Source of the DNA: Takakia lepidozioides
Taxonomy: Eukaryota > Plantae > Bryophyta
Assembly (NCBI GenBank): GCA_030704615.1
Contig: CM060734.1
Span: 41,044,001-41,108,000, forward strand
Direction of reading: 5' to 3'
Length of the DNA: 64,000 bases
The translations under genes and the position numbers were made by a program. Numbering within the stretch: position 1 is the first letter of the stretch; every line of letters starts with the position of its first letter. Positions 52,377-64,000 of this stretch are shown here, one piece after another. The notes beneath the pieces are model-generated. The model was not told the DNA's origin. It saw nothing but the letters and a program-made list of their open reading frames with translations, and did no database searches.

Positions 52377-55300
52377 GGGGGAATGCTTCCGCGTGAGCCT
52401 GGGCGCGTGAGCCCAGCCAGGCTCATGCCACGTCAACAAGGTTCCCCACGTACAAGATCTAATTCCATGGAAGTCACCTATTTCCGCGGAACAGTAGGCG
52501 AATGCCACGCCCCAGATTTTCCAATTTTATTTTCCGAGAAGTCTTCTCCCTCATCTAAATCTAGTTTGGACGAGAAATCACGGGAGGTCTGTGAATGGTA
52601 TTCGAGCACGGTAATGGTATTCGGGCCCTTCCCCTTCCCATCCCCTGCATTCTTCCCCTTTAGTTTGGGAGTGGATGTTTTCTCAGGCTCTTTTGCATTC
52701 AGAGCTTGAATGATTCTCTCCTGAATGTCTTTGTCAGTGCGGGGCAAGCGCCGCGGCGTTGTCGTTCAGGTTCCTCAACACCACCTCATCGAATGGTGTG
52801 TCCAAGATACCACCCACGGTCTCTGAAGTGCGCCCTGCTCCAGTCTTTGGCAATCCCAGCCGTATACATTGTCTTCTCATTTGAGGGGTCCGCCCATGTG
52901 TAGATGAAGTCATGTTCATCGCTCAGGTACTTCCCCGGAATGAGGACAAGATACATGTACCTGAACCACACACCCCAAAACACAGATGATCATTCCAAAA
53001 CAAATAATTACAAACACCTCTGCAGCACAAGGGTTGAACACATGAGAGGTCCAACCTGTGCAAAAACATACACAGCCAAACGGTAAACAAACCTTGCGTG
53101 TCAGCAAGGTACATTTGAGAGTGTAAACAAATTTACCGAAAGTTGAAAAAAGTCCTTGAAACGATCATCTCTCAACCAGAATCAACCTTGCGTTGACGCA
53201 AGGTTGATTAGTGCCACACCTAGGGAAACAAACGTTCACCTGGAAACGAACCCTGCATCTGACCTACAACTCTATGACAATAAATCCTCGAATGGAAATT
53301 CCACAGCCGCAATCAACCTTGCGTTGATGCAAGGTTGATTGGCGGCACCACAAATGTGAAGTCTAATCTGTGCAAATATATACACAACCAAACGGTAAAC
53401 AACCTTGCACTTACGGGCAGTTGCAGGGTTGAGTAGACCAAAAACGGCAGATCCTGCTCCATGAAAGTCCATGATTAAAAAAAACAAAGTTGAGGATGCT
53501 ATCCCAAAATATATTTTTAGTGATAGATAATGGTATACTGAACATATTTAGTAAAGAGTCCTACCCCAAATATTAAAGATATAATTCATTAAACATTTTA
53601 GTATATTATTTAGAGAAATTATGAAAAACTAAAAATTAGAGTTTACAAAAAAAATTCAATATGACACCTAGCCATTGAAGATTATAGGTTTTCATACTTC
53701 TAAAAAACAAATGACACCCAAAATCCAAAAAACAAGATGAGCTATGGACTTTTCAAAAAACGCCTATTTTTTTGACATATATTAGTCCATATGAGTCAAA
53801 TGACAAATGATTTTGCCACTTCAAATCCATACCTATGATGTGGACCAAAATGGCCACCTCATGTCCAATTTTCAATGGAATTCATCAATGGCACATAGGA
53901 GAACTTGAGTCCATTGTAATTCCATTCATTTGGGTAACAGTCCACAATGACGGTGTTCAAAAGTCCATAGCGGAGTCATTTCTTATCGGATTCATGATTG
54001 GAGAGTTGTTATGGGTGTGTATTGAAGCTAGGAATCCAATGACATATATATTTGCTGGTTCTAATGAGTTAATTCAATTTCAATTGATGACACCATCAAT
54101 TGCAGTTATCTAAAACTGTGCTGGTAACGTCCAGTTTGGTCGAGTCAACCCTGCATTCACCCTGACGCAATGTACATTTGAGCCTGTAAATGAATCTACC
54201 GAAAGCTGAAAAAAAAACCCCTAGAACGATCAATTCTCAGCCAGAATCAACCTTGCGTTGACGCAAGGTTGATTAGTGCTTACAAACACACCTAGCAAAG
54301 CAAAATTTCACTTGGAAACGAACCCTGCAACTACAACCTACAACTACCCTGCATCTATACCTTTCATGAAAATAGACCCTCGCATGGAATTCCACAGCCG
54401 CAATCAACCTTGATTGGCGACACCACAAATGTGAAGTCATACTACCTTAACAGGAAACAAAGTATAAATTCATTCAAGTTCACATGAAATAAAATCATGA
54501 AATCCTCACCAGGACAACCGAAATTCAACCTTGCATTGACGCAAGGTTGATAAGAGCAAACACAAAGTAAAATCAAAACTGCCTCACATCAAATCAAGTT
54601 CCTATTCAATTGATATGAAATGAAATCATGTCCAGGGCAACCAGCAATCAACTTTGCGTGGACGCAACCTTGAAACACACATATATAATGAAACATAGGA
54701 GAATCAATCTCAAGTTTTCCAAATCAACCTTGTGTTGACACAAGGTTTATTTCAGTTCTAGGAAATCAACCTCGTGTTAACACAAGGTTGATTTCAAGTT
54801 CTCCAAGTCAACCTAGTGTTGACACAAGGTTAATTTCAAGTTCTCCAAATCAACCTTGTGTTGACACAAGGTTGATTTGAGTTTTAGGAAATCAACCTCA
54901 TGTTCACACAAGGTTGATTTCAAGTTCTCCAAATCAACCTTGTGTTGATACAAGGTTGAATTCAGTTCTAGGAAATAAACCTCGTGTTCACACAAGGTTG
55001 ATTTCAGTTCTAGGAAATCAACCTCGTGTTAATACAAGGTTGATTTCAAGTTCTCCAAATCAACCTGGTGTTGACACAAGATTGATTTCAGTTCTAGGAA
55101 ATCAACCTCGTGTTGACACAAGGTTGATTTCAGTTCTAGGAATCAACCTCGTGTTGACACAAGGTTGATTTCAGTTCTAGGAAATCAACATCATGTTAAC
55201 ACAAGGTTGATCTCTACGGACGCCCTAAACCCTTAACCCATCTCACCTTCAGATGGAGAAATCCCACAGTTATAGGCTCCACGGTTATAGGCCCACCTTC

Positions 55301-55451
55301 TTTGTGGTGACATGGCACGACCTTGGGTGGGCTCACGCCACGTAAGCACCAATGCCACATCAGCGCTGTGAGCGTAGGCTCACGCCACATCACCATTGTG
55401 TGAGCATACGCTCACACGCTCACACGCCAGGCTCACGCGGTAACGTCGTTG
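52377..55451. mobile_element. Non-autonomous DNA transposon (MULE- or hAT-like; degenerate TIRs, 8-9-bp TSD) inserted in the LINE
   Basis: TSD GGATTGCG at 52369-52376 and 55452-55459; subterminal inverted repeat CCGCGTGAGCCTGG(G)CG(C/T)GTGAGC at both ends. Excision restores the LINE reading frame ..PIWAAWIA-F*PFLSQRRHACFEEAIRQPLFGN. Confidence 0.85.
54721..55211. repeat. Tandem array of 12 x ~42-bp units, each a 32-bp palindrome plus a 10-bp linker
   Basis: Consensus AAATCAACCT(T/C)GTGT-TG-ACACAAGGTTGATTT followed by CAGTTCTAGG or CAAGTTCTCC. Confidence 0.95.
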
Positions 55452-57241
55452 GGATTGCGTTTTGACCTTTCCTGTCTCAAAGGAGGCATGCTTGCTTTGA
55501 GGAAGCCATTCGTCAACCACTGTTTGGAAATTCAAACTTGAACAGTGCTGAATTGACAATCTTTCATAAGAAATGGGCTACATGGGAATCTAAGGGGCTT
55601 TCTCATGTGGCAAATGTTTGGGAGCAAGGACATTTTATTGCACCACCTATCCTCTCCTCGCTCTTCACTGCCTCTTCAATCCACAATGGCTAGGATCTTG
55701 TCAAGCAAGGGGTTTCATCGATTGATGCCCTGCTGCAGGGGGTGACACTGCTGAAATCAACCTCCTGTGTTGGTTTGGTGCCATTTTGGGCCTAGCCTTC
55801 ATAGCCATCCTGGCATTGGAGAAGGCTGGCTCTAATTGGTTGGGCCTTATATTCAAAGCATCCACGGAGGGCTGCCTAGAATTTGTGGGGGCTGGGGAGC
55901 TGCCAGCTAATAAAGAAGCGTATAGGATCAGAGTGGTAGTGTCACTACGGGCTCACCAGATCCCAGACCCCCACCTAGAGATGAGATCTGCTGGGCCAAA
56001 AACATTTCCCTCCTCTGGTTTCTTCGCTTCCCTCTTAGCAGGTTGCAACTGGATCCTGGCGAATGGACTTGGAAGGATAGAAAGAGAACCCCATTTCTTG
56101 GTTATAAAGTCAAGTTTGGATACAAGCTCTTGTTGGGAGACTCTTGCTTTGCCACCAAGTGGAATACGAAGAGGAATTTAAACCTGAACAGTCAGGGCTG
56201 GAGTAGGATCTGGAAAGATATCTGGGCCAAGCACAAAGCATAAAAAATCAGTGCCTTTCTTTGGAAATTAGCGAACAGGATTCTACCACTGGCCAGCTCA
56301 ATTCCAGACCTAAGCCCGCTCTGTTTTATGCCAAGGAGGGACTCATGAGTCTATAGAACACTACCTGTTGCATTGCCAGACCGCTTCGAGGGTGTGGAAT
56401 TTCATCACTTCTTTTTACTCCAGTTGGAGGGACTTGCCGCCCATCTCGGATAACCTGTTGCTTCTCAATCTGCAAACTGGGACCTTCTGGAACACATGTC
56501 CAGTATGGGCAAGTTTGAGAGCTTACTCTCTCTGGTCTATATGGAAAGCTAGATGTAAGATGGTTTTTGAGAGAAGGAGCCCCAACATCAGAGCAATTCT
56601 CTGCAAAATTTATGTAGATCTGATGACTGAGGGGCATAAGGCTTGGTTGGTATTGCTTACAGCTTCCAACATGTGTAATGAAGGGAGGAGGCAACAACTG
56701 TTCTCGGACTTCGACGTCACCTTGGCTAAAGACAACATCATCTGCACCAGGATCTCTGACACTAGAGTCGTTTGGAATGACGACATCCCCAGGGCTTGGC
56801 AAATCGCCAACTGACTCCGAAGCACCGGACATCAATTGGAAGCATCAGAAACTGAGTTCTTACAAATCGAAGGTACAGCTGGATTTTGGAGCATAGTGCA
56901 AGAGCGGGCTGGAGATCGCCTTTTGGGCTTAAGCGCTCGATTTCATGTCATTCTCTAGAGTGGGTCGGCTCGCCTGCTGCTCCCGATCGTTTCTGCTAAC
57001 TAGCTTGTTCAATGCTAGTCTTCATGGTCTCGGCCTTGTTTTTTCTCAGAACATGGTCTCTATCCTTATTTTAGCTCGCCATCTCCCCCCCCTCCCTTCG
57101 GTCACTTGGGTGTACCCCATGCGATACACCTTTACGACACTTTTCGGAGACTATTTTTTCCTCCACTCTGAACCCCATTTTGACTCTCTCCCAAGATGTA
57201 TTTCGCGGTCATTACGCGCATATTTATAAAGCTTTGAGGCC

Positions 57242-60200
57242 TGTAATGGCTAGATTCCCTCTACCTACCTTTTCGACATTTGGACGAACAGACGCTGGAT
57301 GATGACCGTTGGAAAAGGGCTTGGATGAAACCAACTAGAAACAATCTATTTTTAAACTAAGTATTGTCTTATATTAACAGCTAGCTTATCTCTAAAATAG
57401 AGTGAGGTGGCGTCATATCTGGACAGACACCTGGATGGAATCCAAATAACCAATCAGGGCTTGCCACTTGGTTAGATGAGATTGTGGGCCCTTGTTTATA
57501 AAAGAGATCAGCACGACGCTTAAGGCGGCGGTGTACGTTTGGTGTGTAAACCCTAGTGTATGTGTGTGAGAGATTTGGATGAAGAAGGTGTGAGTGAGGA
57601 TGTGCTGCTAACCCATGTGAATGATTCTGACTCCTCTCCGTTGGATCCTGCCTATTTCGCTAGCCTGCTTTACCGAGCACACGTCCCCGTGATAGCTCAA
57701 TACCCATAGAGGAAGAGGAATAACGGGGTGGGCGAGAATCTTGGTGGAGAAGGGGTTGTAGGATTTCGTTAATCATTAGCTGCACATTCCTTCCTTGTAC
57801 GTCAGGTAGCTGTACACTGACATTGTTGCCATGGCGGCGCTCTACTGTTTCAGTTCTCGCTCGTGTTTTTGCTTATTCCTGGCTTTCATAGTATCTGCTT
57901 GCGTTTCTGTAACCTGCGGCAATGGCCTCGTCTTCTAATACTCCAACTGATGCCGAGCTTAACGCGTACAAAGAAACTCCTGCTGGTCATTTTGAGTCGA
58001 TTTTTGCCAGCATCGTGCGTGCTTCGGTTGATCCTAGCCTGGTGGTTGAAGTTGATTATCCGCCTCTTGGTGCTCCGGTTGAACGCCCTGAATTGGTCCT
58101 CGACACGCCTTCTAATCACTGGGTGGCTTAGTTTGAGTTGACTGTTGCATTGGAGGGTCTGAAGCCCACCCATACTCCACAAGAAGAAACGGAACAGAGG
58201 TGAAAGTGCATCCAAGCGTTTGAAGGGGCCAGAGCGGCCAAGGCCCTGCAGCGTCTTTTTGCTGCGGAGGTAGCACACAAACTTCCTTTAACTGAGGCCA
58301 AAGACAAGCTCTTGAAGGGTTGATGGCTCTTGTGGGCTGAAGTTGGTGTTCCGTAGTTTACAGTAGCTGGGGAGGTTTCTGGCGAGTGCGAGAACTTCCT
58401 TCCGCCCAATTTACCCAGTGCGCATCGTCTATGGGAGCTAGTGAAAGGTGGCAGTTCTCTTGTCTTGGCCAACCTGAGGCCCACCTGGAAACCTGACTAC
58501 AATGTGGACATAACTTGGGATGACCATGTTGCATGCATTCCCGTCTCTCGCTTTCCTCATACTGTGCATGATATTTTGATTTTCACTGCTATTGTGTTTA
58601 GACAGGAAAGATTGGGTTACTACTTGCCTGGATTTCCTGTTACTGATTATCCGGTGCATACACTGCTTGCCAAGGAGCTTATCCGCTCCATTGTTTGAAT
58701 GACTTTTTGGCTCAAAGTAGACGAGGAACTGTGGCACTTTTCTGGGTGAAGGTGTTTACATGCTTCACAAACACAGATTCATAAGTGGCTATTGCATCAA
58801 GGACTGGGAGTCCAAATTACGGCCTGCACAATCCTCAAGTAGAAGGTAACAACTTTGTTTTTAACAAACAGACTACAATGCCTATCACTACTCGGTCTGG
58901 CAAGGAGCCATGGAATGTACTAGATGAGTTGGAAGATGTGGATCTACTGATGATGTGAAAGTTGATGGTGACACTTTTCCTGATCCTATGTCTGAAACCT
59001 TGTCTCCCGAGGAGCCACTGCCAGGTGATGATACCAGTCCGACCCAAGGGGTCCCTCCAGCCTCTGGTAATGTGCCTAACCTCAATATTCAGGGCATTTG
59101 TGATGCTATGGCTACGTTGTCTAGTTGTCCTGCTCTTATGCAGTTCTTTTTGGATAAGCAAGTAGGTTCGCCCTCAGTTACCAAGCTCAAGGAGGTCCAT
59201 CGTGCTCACAAATGGCCTTATCCTGACTATGAACACACCCATCAACTACACCATGCCCGATCGTCCTTATCAACCTGGTGAGAGTATCTGGAAATACTAC
59301 ACTGACTTGAAAACCACGGTGGTCAAGGCCATTCCGGTACCTTCTGAACGCACTGCCATACCCTACTTCATTACTGGATTACCTGTCTCTAATCAAGTCT
59401 ACTTACAAAAGCATTCTTATCGCAATGAGAGGCATATGGTAGAGATGATGGATGAGCGCATGAGGTTTAAGAATGATAAACTAGGCAAAAGCTGTCTGCC
59501 TGTTGTTCATTCTACTCATCAACGAATGTTCTCATGGGGTTGCCATGGTTAAGGGTGGCTCTACAGAGGCCTCTCCTACATTACTGGAGGAGGTGAAAAC
59601 CCTACAACAAGAGCTGCAGACTCAGCTTCAAGCTCTCAGGGCAGAAGGATCCTGGAGGGCCGCACCTGCCAAGCCTCCTCCTGCTGACTCTCATCGTGGC
59701 CATACTCAGACTAGCCCACGGTATGAGGTTAAAGGTAAACATGTGACCTGTTTCATTTGTGGGTCCTTTGAGCACTGGACCCACTTCTGCACCTATGCCA
59801 ATCTTGTCCTTGGTATGATTGCAGAATACACACGAATTCAACGAGAACAGAAAGGCAAACAACCTTTAACGAAACCGATCGTTTGTGAAGGGGCCAAGCG
59901 GTCAGTATCCCACAAACCCTGCAAAAGATGACTCTATTGTCTCTGTGATGTTGTTTAATGAATTCAAATTAATGCATTGTGAAGCCAATAGGAAGCTTAG
60001 GAAGGAAAGAGTGCACCCTCTCATGACTCAATGTCCACCTGCACCTCACGTTTTCATGTGTTGTTGACACATGCTGCACCATGTTTGCTGTTCCATTGTC
60101 CGTGGTTCGACTACTTGGTCTCAGACTCACCCCAGCCACAGGTCTGCAGGTGACCATTGCAGATGGCACGCGTTATGAGCCCCTGGGTTTGGTCACCATC

Positions 60201-63200
60201 CCTATTAAGGTCAGTTGCAAGTCGGTCACACTGACTTGCATAGTTACCATTGGCGAGCAATTGTTGTTAGGCTTGGATTGGATGTGTGCTACATGGGTCA
60301 AGATCGATGTGGTTGAAAACATCATGTGGCTTGCCAGTGGCAGCTCCTCACCCCACAAGGTGCAGCTCAGATCTGTCTCCTTGCCTGCTGGTTGTGCCAC
60401 TGCGCATCTCTCTCACATGCGCACCATTGTTGGTTAAACAATATTGCAGGCTGGTGAGCAATACAACTGGACACGTTACTTTAACTTTGCCAAGACGGCT
60501 CCTTCCACCTTGTATTAGTGGCAGCCACCTTTGCCTGGTAAGAAGAGTGGCCCTCCCATTCCAATCCCAGGTAACACCACTCTTTTTCGCAATCCCACTG
60601 ACTTTATTATACCTGCCTCCTCTCAAATGATTGTTTCTCTTGGCCTCACCTTTCTTTGTCCACAAGGTAGTTATCTTGAAGTTGAGGACGCTTGATGCTT
60701 TCCAAACATTGCTTGATTGCATCTGGGGTACTGGATCGGGGCTTTCGAGGGGAGCTCAGGCTTCTTGCTGCCAACCAGAACGCATACCAATCACCATCCG
60801 CAAGGGTCAGGTCCTAGCACGCCTCTCTGCCACCCCATTGACAGATTTGGGAGAGGTGCAACATGCTTTAAGTTTTGCTGATATTGGCCTGTCTGATGAT
60901 CCTGTAGATCAATTGCATCTCTTGGCACAATCCGTGGTTGTACCTAAGGTCCGCCCCCTCACTCCTGTGTAATCTGCTAATCTTGACCAGATCATAATTG
61001 ATATCAAAATGGGCTCCAGTCTCACTGAAAATGAAAGGTCTCGTCTATATCATGTTATTCGTGACAATCTAGATGTTTTCAGTGTTGGTTCTCATGACTT
61101 GGGTCGTACCGATGTTCTCCATCATGACATTGTCACTGAGGGTAGCCTTGTCAAACAATATGCTTATAGAGAAAGCGTCAAAGAGCGCGAAGTTTTGCAA
61201 ACCGAACTGACCAAGATGCTAGATGCAGGAGTTATTAAACCCTCTATTCCCCCTGGGCCAGCCCCATCGTGTTGGTTGCCAAGAAAGATGGTACCACCCG
61301 TTTCTGTGTTGACTTCCGACGTCTCAATGCTCTAACCAAAAAGGATGTATATCCCTTACCTCACATTAATTATACTTTGGATCAACTCAATGGTGCCACT
61401 CTCTTCTCTTCCTTGGATCTTGCTGCGGGCTTTTGGTAGGTTCCACTCACAGAGTTAGCCAAGGAGAAAACTGCGTTCACCTGTAAGATGGGCCTCTTTC
61501 AGTTTGAAACCATGTCTTTTGGATTATGTAATGCCACTGCCACCTTTCAACATCTCATGGATGTCGTTCTAGGGAACTTGCGCTGGGAATGTGCATTGGT
61601 ATATGTTGATGACATCAATGTTTACTCAGCTGACTTTGATTCTCACATGCTGGATCTAAAGCGAGTTCTGTGCAGGCTTAGAGGAGCAGGCCTCAAAGTG
61701 AAAGCCAAGAAATGTGATTTGTGCATGACGGAGCTTCATTTTCTTGGCCACCTTCTCTTAGCTAAAGGCATTAGCCCTGACCCTGCCAAAATTCAGGCTG
61801 TCTGGGAATATCCCACTCCACGTGACAAAAATTGTGTTCGTGCTTTTTTTGGGTTAGCCTCTTACTATCGTTGTTTCATTAAACACTTTGCTCACATTGT
61901 TGCTGCGCTTAATCAGTTGTTATGCAAAGATGTTCGCTTTCTTTGGGGCCAGTCCCAAATCACTGCTTTCGAGAAACTCAAAATAGCCCTCACCAGTGCA
62001 CCCATTCTGGACTTTCCTGATTTTTCACTACCCTTTATTCTTCATACTGATGCCTTTGACCTGGTTGTTTCAGCTATTCTATGCCAAAAGAGAGACGGCA
62101 GGGAACATGTGGTGGCCTATGCTTGAAGGCGGCTTGACAAACATGAAAAGAACCATAGCATCACTGATAAAGAGGGCCTTGCAGTCATTTTTGGGGTGAA
62201 ACACTTCAGGCAGTATCTCCATGGCTGCCCCTTTGTTATTCAAACTGATCATCTTCCATTGAAGGCTCTCAAAACCCCACGAGCACTCTCAAGACGCTTG
62301 GCTTGGTGGTCACTTACTCTTCAAATGTTCGAGTACGACATTTGAGTACAAAAAATGCAAAGCCAACAGTAATGCCGATGCTCTCACCCACACTGAGACT
62401 AAGTCCTCTGCCCCTTATGTTACCTTAGATGACCTTGCGTGTGCTTACCATCTGGTGCTTCACCCTTGCCTTCTTCCTCTCCTGACGGATCCGATTTACT
62501 TGTTTTGTTTGCTATTGTTCCTTTTTTTCCACCTGATCTCATGTCTGAATGAGATTTGCTTTCCTTTTCTGCTGGTTGAGATTGGCTTAGAGTGCTGTCC
62601 TGCCACTAAGGTCATATTCTAGGTATGATATCTCTTTCTCTTCTCTAATTGAACTGTACCTTTCTCCTTCTAGTTCTGGTTTTGGCACTGAATCCTCTCC
62701 ATAGGGAAATCTGCTTATGTGCTTCATTGTCCTTGGTTGCATCTTCATGAAGTCTCCCTTGTCATTCAGTTGAGCTGAAAGCCTTCCCATGGAGATCACT
62801 GAGGCGGACACTCCGTCCTGCTCACACTAACCCAAGGGCTGGCTATGACAGCTGCAACCATGGAGGACCTACTTCACCAAGCCCTCCTCCAGAAGTGTAA
62901 GACCAACACTCATCTGTCGGGCCTCTCTTTCCGTCTCCTCAAGTCAGCTATCATCTCCCCTCTCATAGGGAGCATGAAGGTAAGTTGCTTAAGGTAGTTC
63001 ATGTTCATGGGCAAGAGACTGCCGTGGAGGTCCCTACTAGGAGCTCTATGCCTGCATTGCTTGAGCTTTACCATTGCTCACTATATGCTGGTCATTTAGG
63101 CATTGGCAAAACTGTCAAAAGACTCCAGGAAAAGTGCAATTGGAAGGGGTTAACTAAGGATGTGGCAGATTTCATTTCTAAGTGTGTTCCATGTAAGTCC

Positions 63201-64000
63201 AAAACACTGCTGCCAAGGACCATCGCTCCTCTTAAATTACAACCAATTCTGGTGACTGAGATGTTTGCCCGAATTGGTCTTGATCTTGTTGGACCCCTCA
63301 AAACTACGACTAAGGGCAATAACTACATTGGTGTGGCTACTGATTACCTGTCTAAGTGGGTTGAGATCCGACCATTGGTTGCAAAGGACAGTGACGAGGT
63401 GGTTCAATTCTTCTTTGATGAAATCCTGCTACGCCATGGTTGTCCCCTTGAAATTTTAACTGATCAGGGTACGGAGTTTTGTAACCAGCTGATGGAGGTT
63501 GTGTGCTTTAATTTAGATGTCAAGCATCGCTTGACTGCTCCCTACAACCCCCAGTGCAACGGGCTTACAGAGAGATTCAACAAAACCATGTGTCAGTTGT
63601 TAGAAAAGAACGGGGCTCTCATTGAAGAATATGATGTTACTCTACCCATTTTCATATTTGCCTACAGGACCTCGGTACATGCCAACACTCGCTTTTCTCC
63701 TTTTGAATTATTGTATGGCCGCAAGGCTCGCACCCCTCTTCATGTCCCTGTGCTTCAAACTCAGGTTGCGGAGCCCATCATATGGGAAGAATTTCTTACT
63801 CACCTCACTTCTCATCGTTTGCGTTTATTAGAGACTGCTAAACACAACATTCAGGTCTTCGGTTGCAGCTTGGCAAACAGGTCACCAAGTCCAAGCTGCG
63901 GATCGATGGGCCTTACCTGATTCATGCGATTTTGCCTGGTCGACAATATCGTCTCCTTCCTCAACATCCTTCTACGGCGGAGATTGCAGGGACTGTTCGT
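57242..64000 (+). mobile_element. Decayed Ty3/Gypsy retrotransposon with an extra ORF upstream of gag; runs off the window end
   Basis: Probable 5' LTR TGTAATGG..CACTGACA ~57242-57822 (TATAAAA at ~57497); gag start MPITTRSGK at 58878; knuckle CFICGSFEHWTHFC; protease-like VVDTCCT; RT LDLAAGFW, VYVDDINVYS; RNase H HTDAFD; integrase HCSLYAGHLG..CVPC, GLDLVGPL, LTDQGTEF, NGLTERFNKT. Confidence 0.92.

Larger units (their letters stand above)
51470..57230 (+). mobile_element. 5'-truncated L1/Tx1-type LINE (RT to zf-RVT and 3'UTR), split by a 3.07-kb insertion
   Basis: GCPLAPYLFLIAAD, SMYADDTTL, LKVNWNKS, LSLAGRVLVFNQVMLASVWY (51470-52376); resumes 55452 with EEAIRQPLFGN and zf-RVT WSRIWKDIW..AFLWKLANRIL..ESIEHYLLHCQTASRVW..LWSIWKARC. 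Confidence 0.9.

Noticed and set aside
54721-55211. CRISPR-like appearance (palindromic ~32-bp repeats at regular spacing)
   Set aside because: Linkers are only 10 bp and of two recurring types rather than unique spacers; no cas genes; eukaryotic transposon context.

Overview
Intron-rich nuclear DNA of a land plant, most likely a bryophyte with heavy organellar C-to-U editing (inferred from an intron-less, unedited moss/liverwort-type mitochondrial rps3 insert and PLS-class PPR remnants). Two apparently intact host genes: the 3' six exons of an SLC1/DAACS (GltPh/EAAT-family) transporter (+, 569-4438) with unusual substitutions in the ion and substrate sites, and a complete 17-exon M3 oligopeptidase A (OOP/TOP-like; -, 20097-33876). 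The rest is a nest of decayed mobile DNA: a deleted Copia, several LINE fragments, MULE- and mariner-like MITEs, a chromovirus and two other Ty3/Gypsy elements. The strongest candidate system is a Ty3/Gypsy retrotransposon (about 36.2-48.1 kb). Once an in-place 1.17-kb inversion is undone, its polyprotein reads gag - protease - C5 cytosine DNA methyltransferase (truncated here) - RT - RNase H - integrase - PHD finger, i.e. a retroelement carrying its own chromatin writer and reader. The second is a 3.07-kb TSD-flanked DNA transposon inserted in a LINE. It carries a 12 x 42-bp array of a 32-bp palindrome and a spliced gene remnant of unknown type. All calls were made by eye; no database searches were run.
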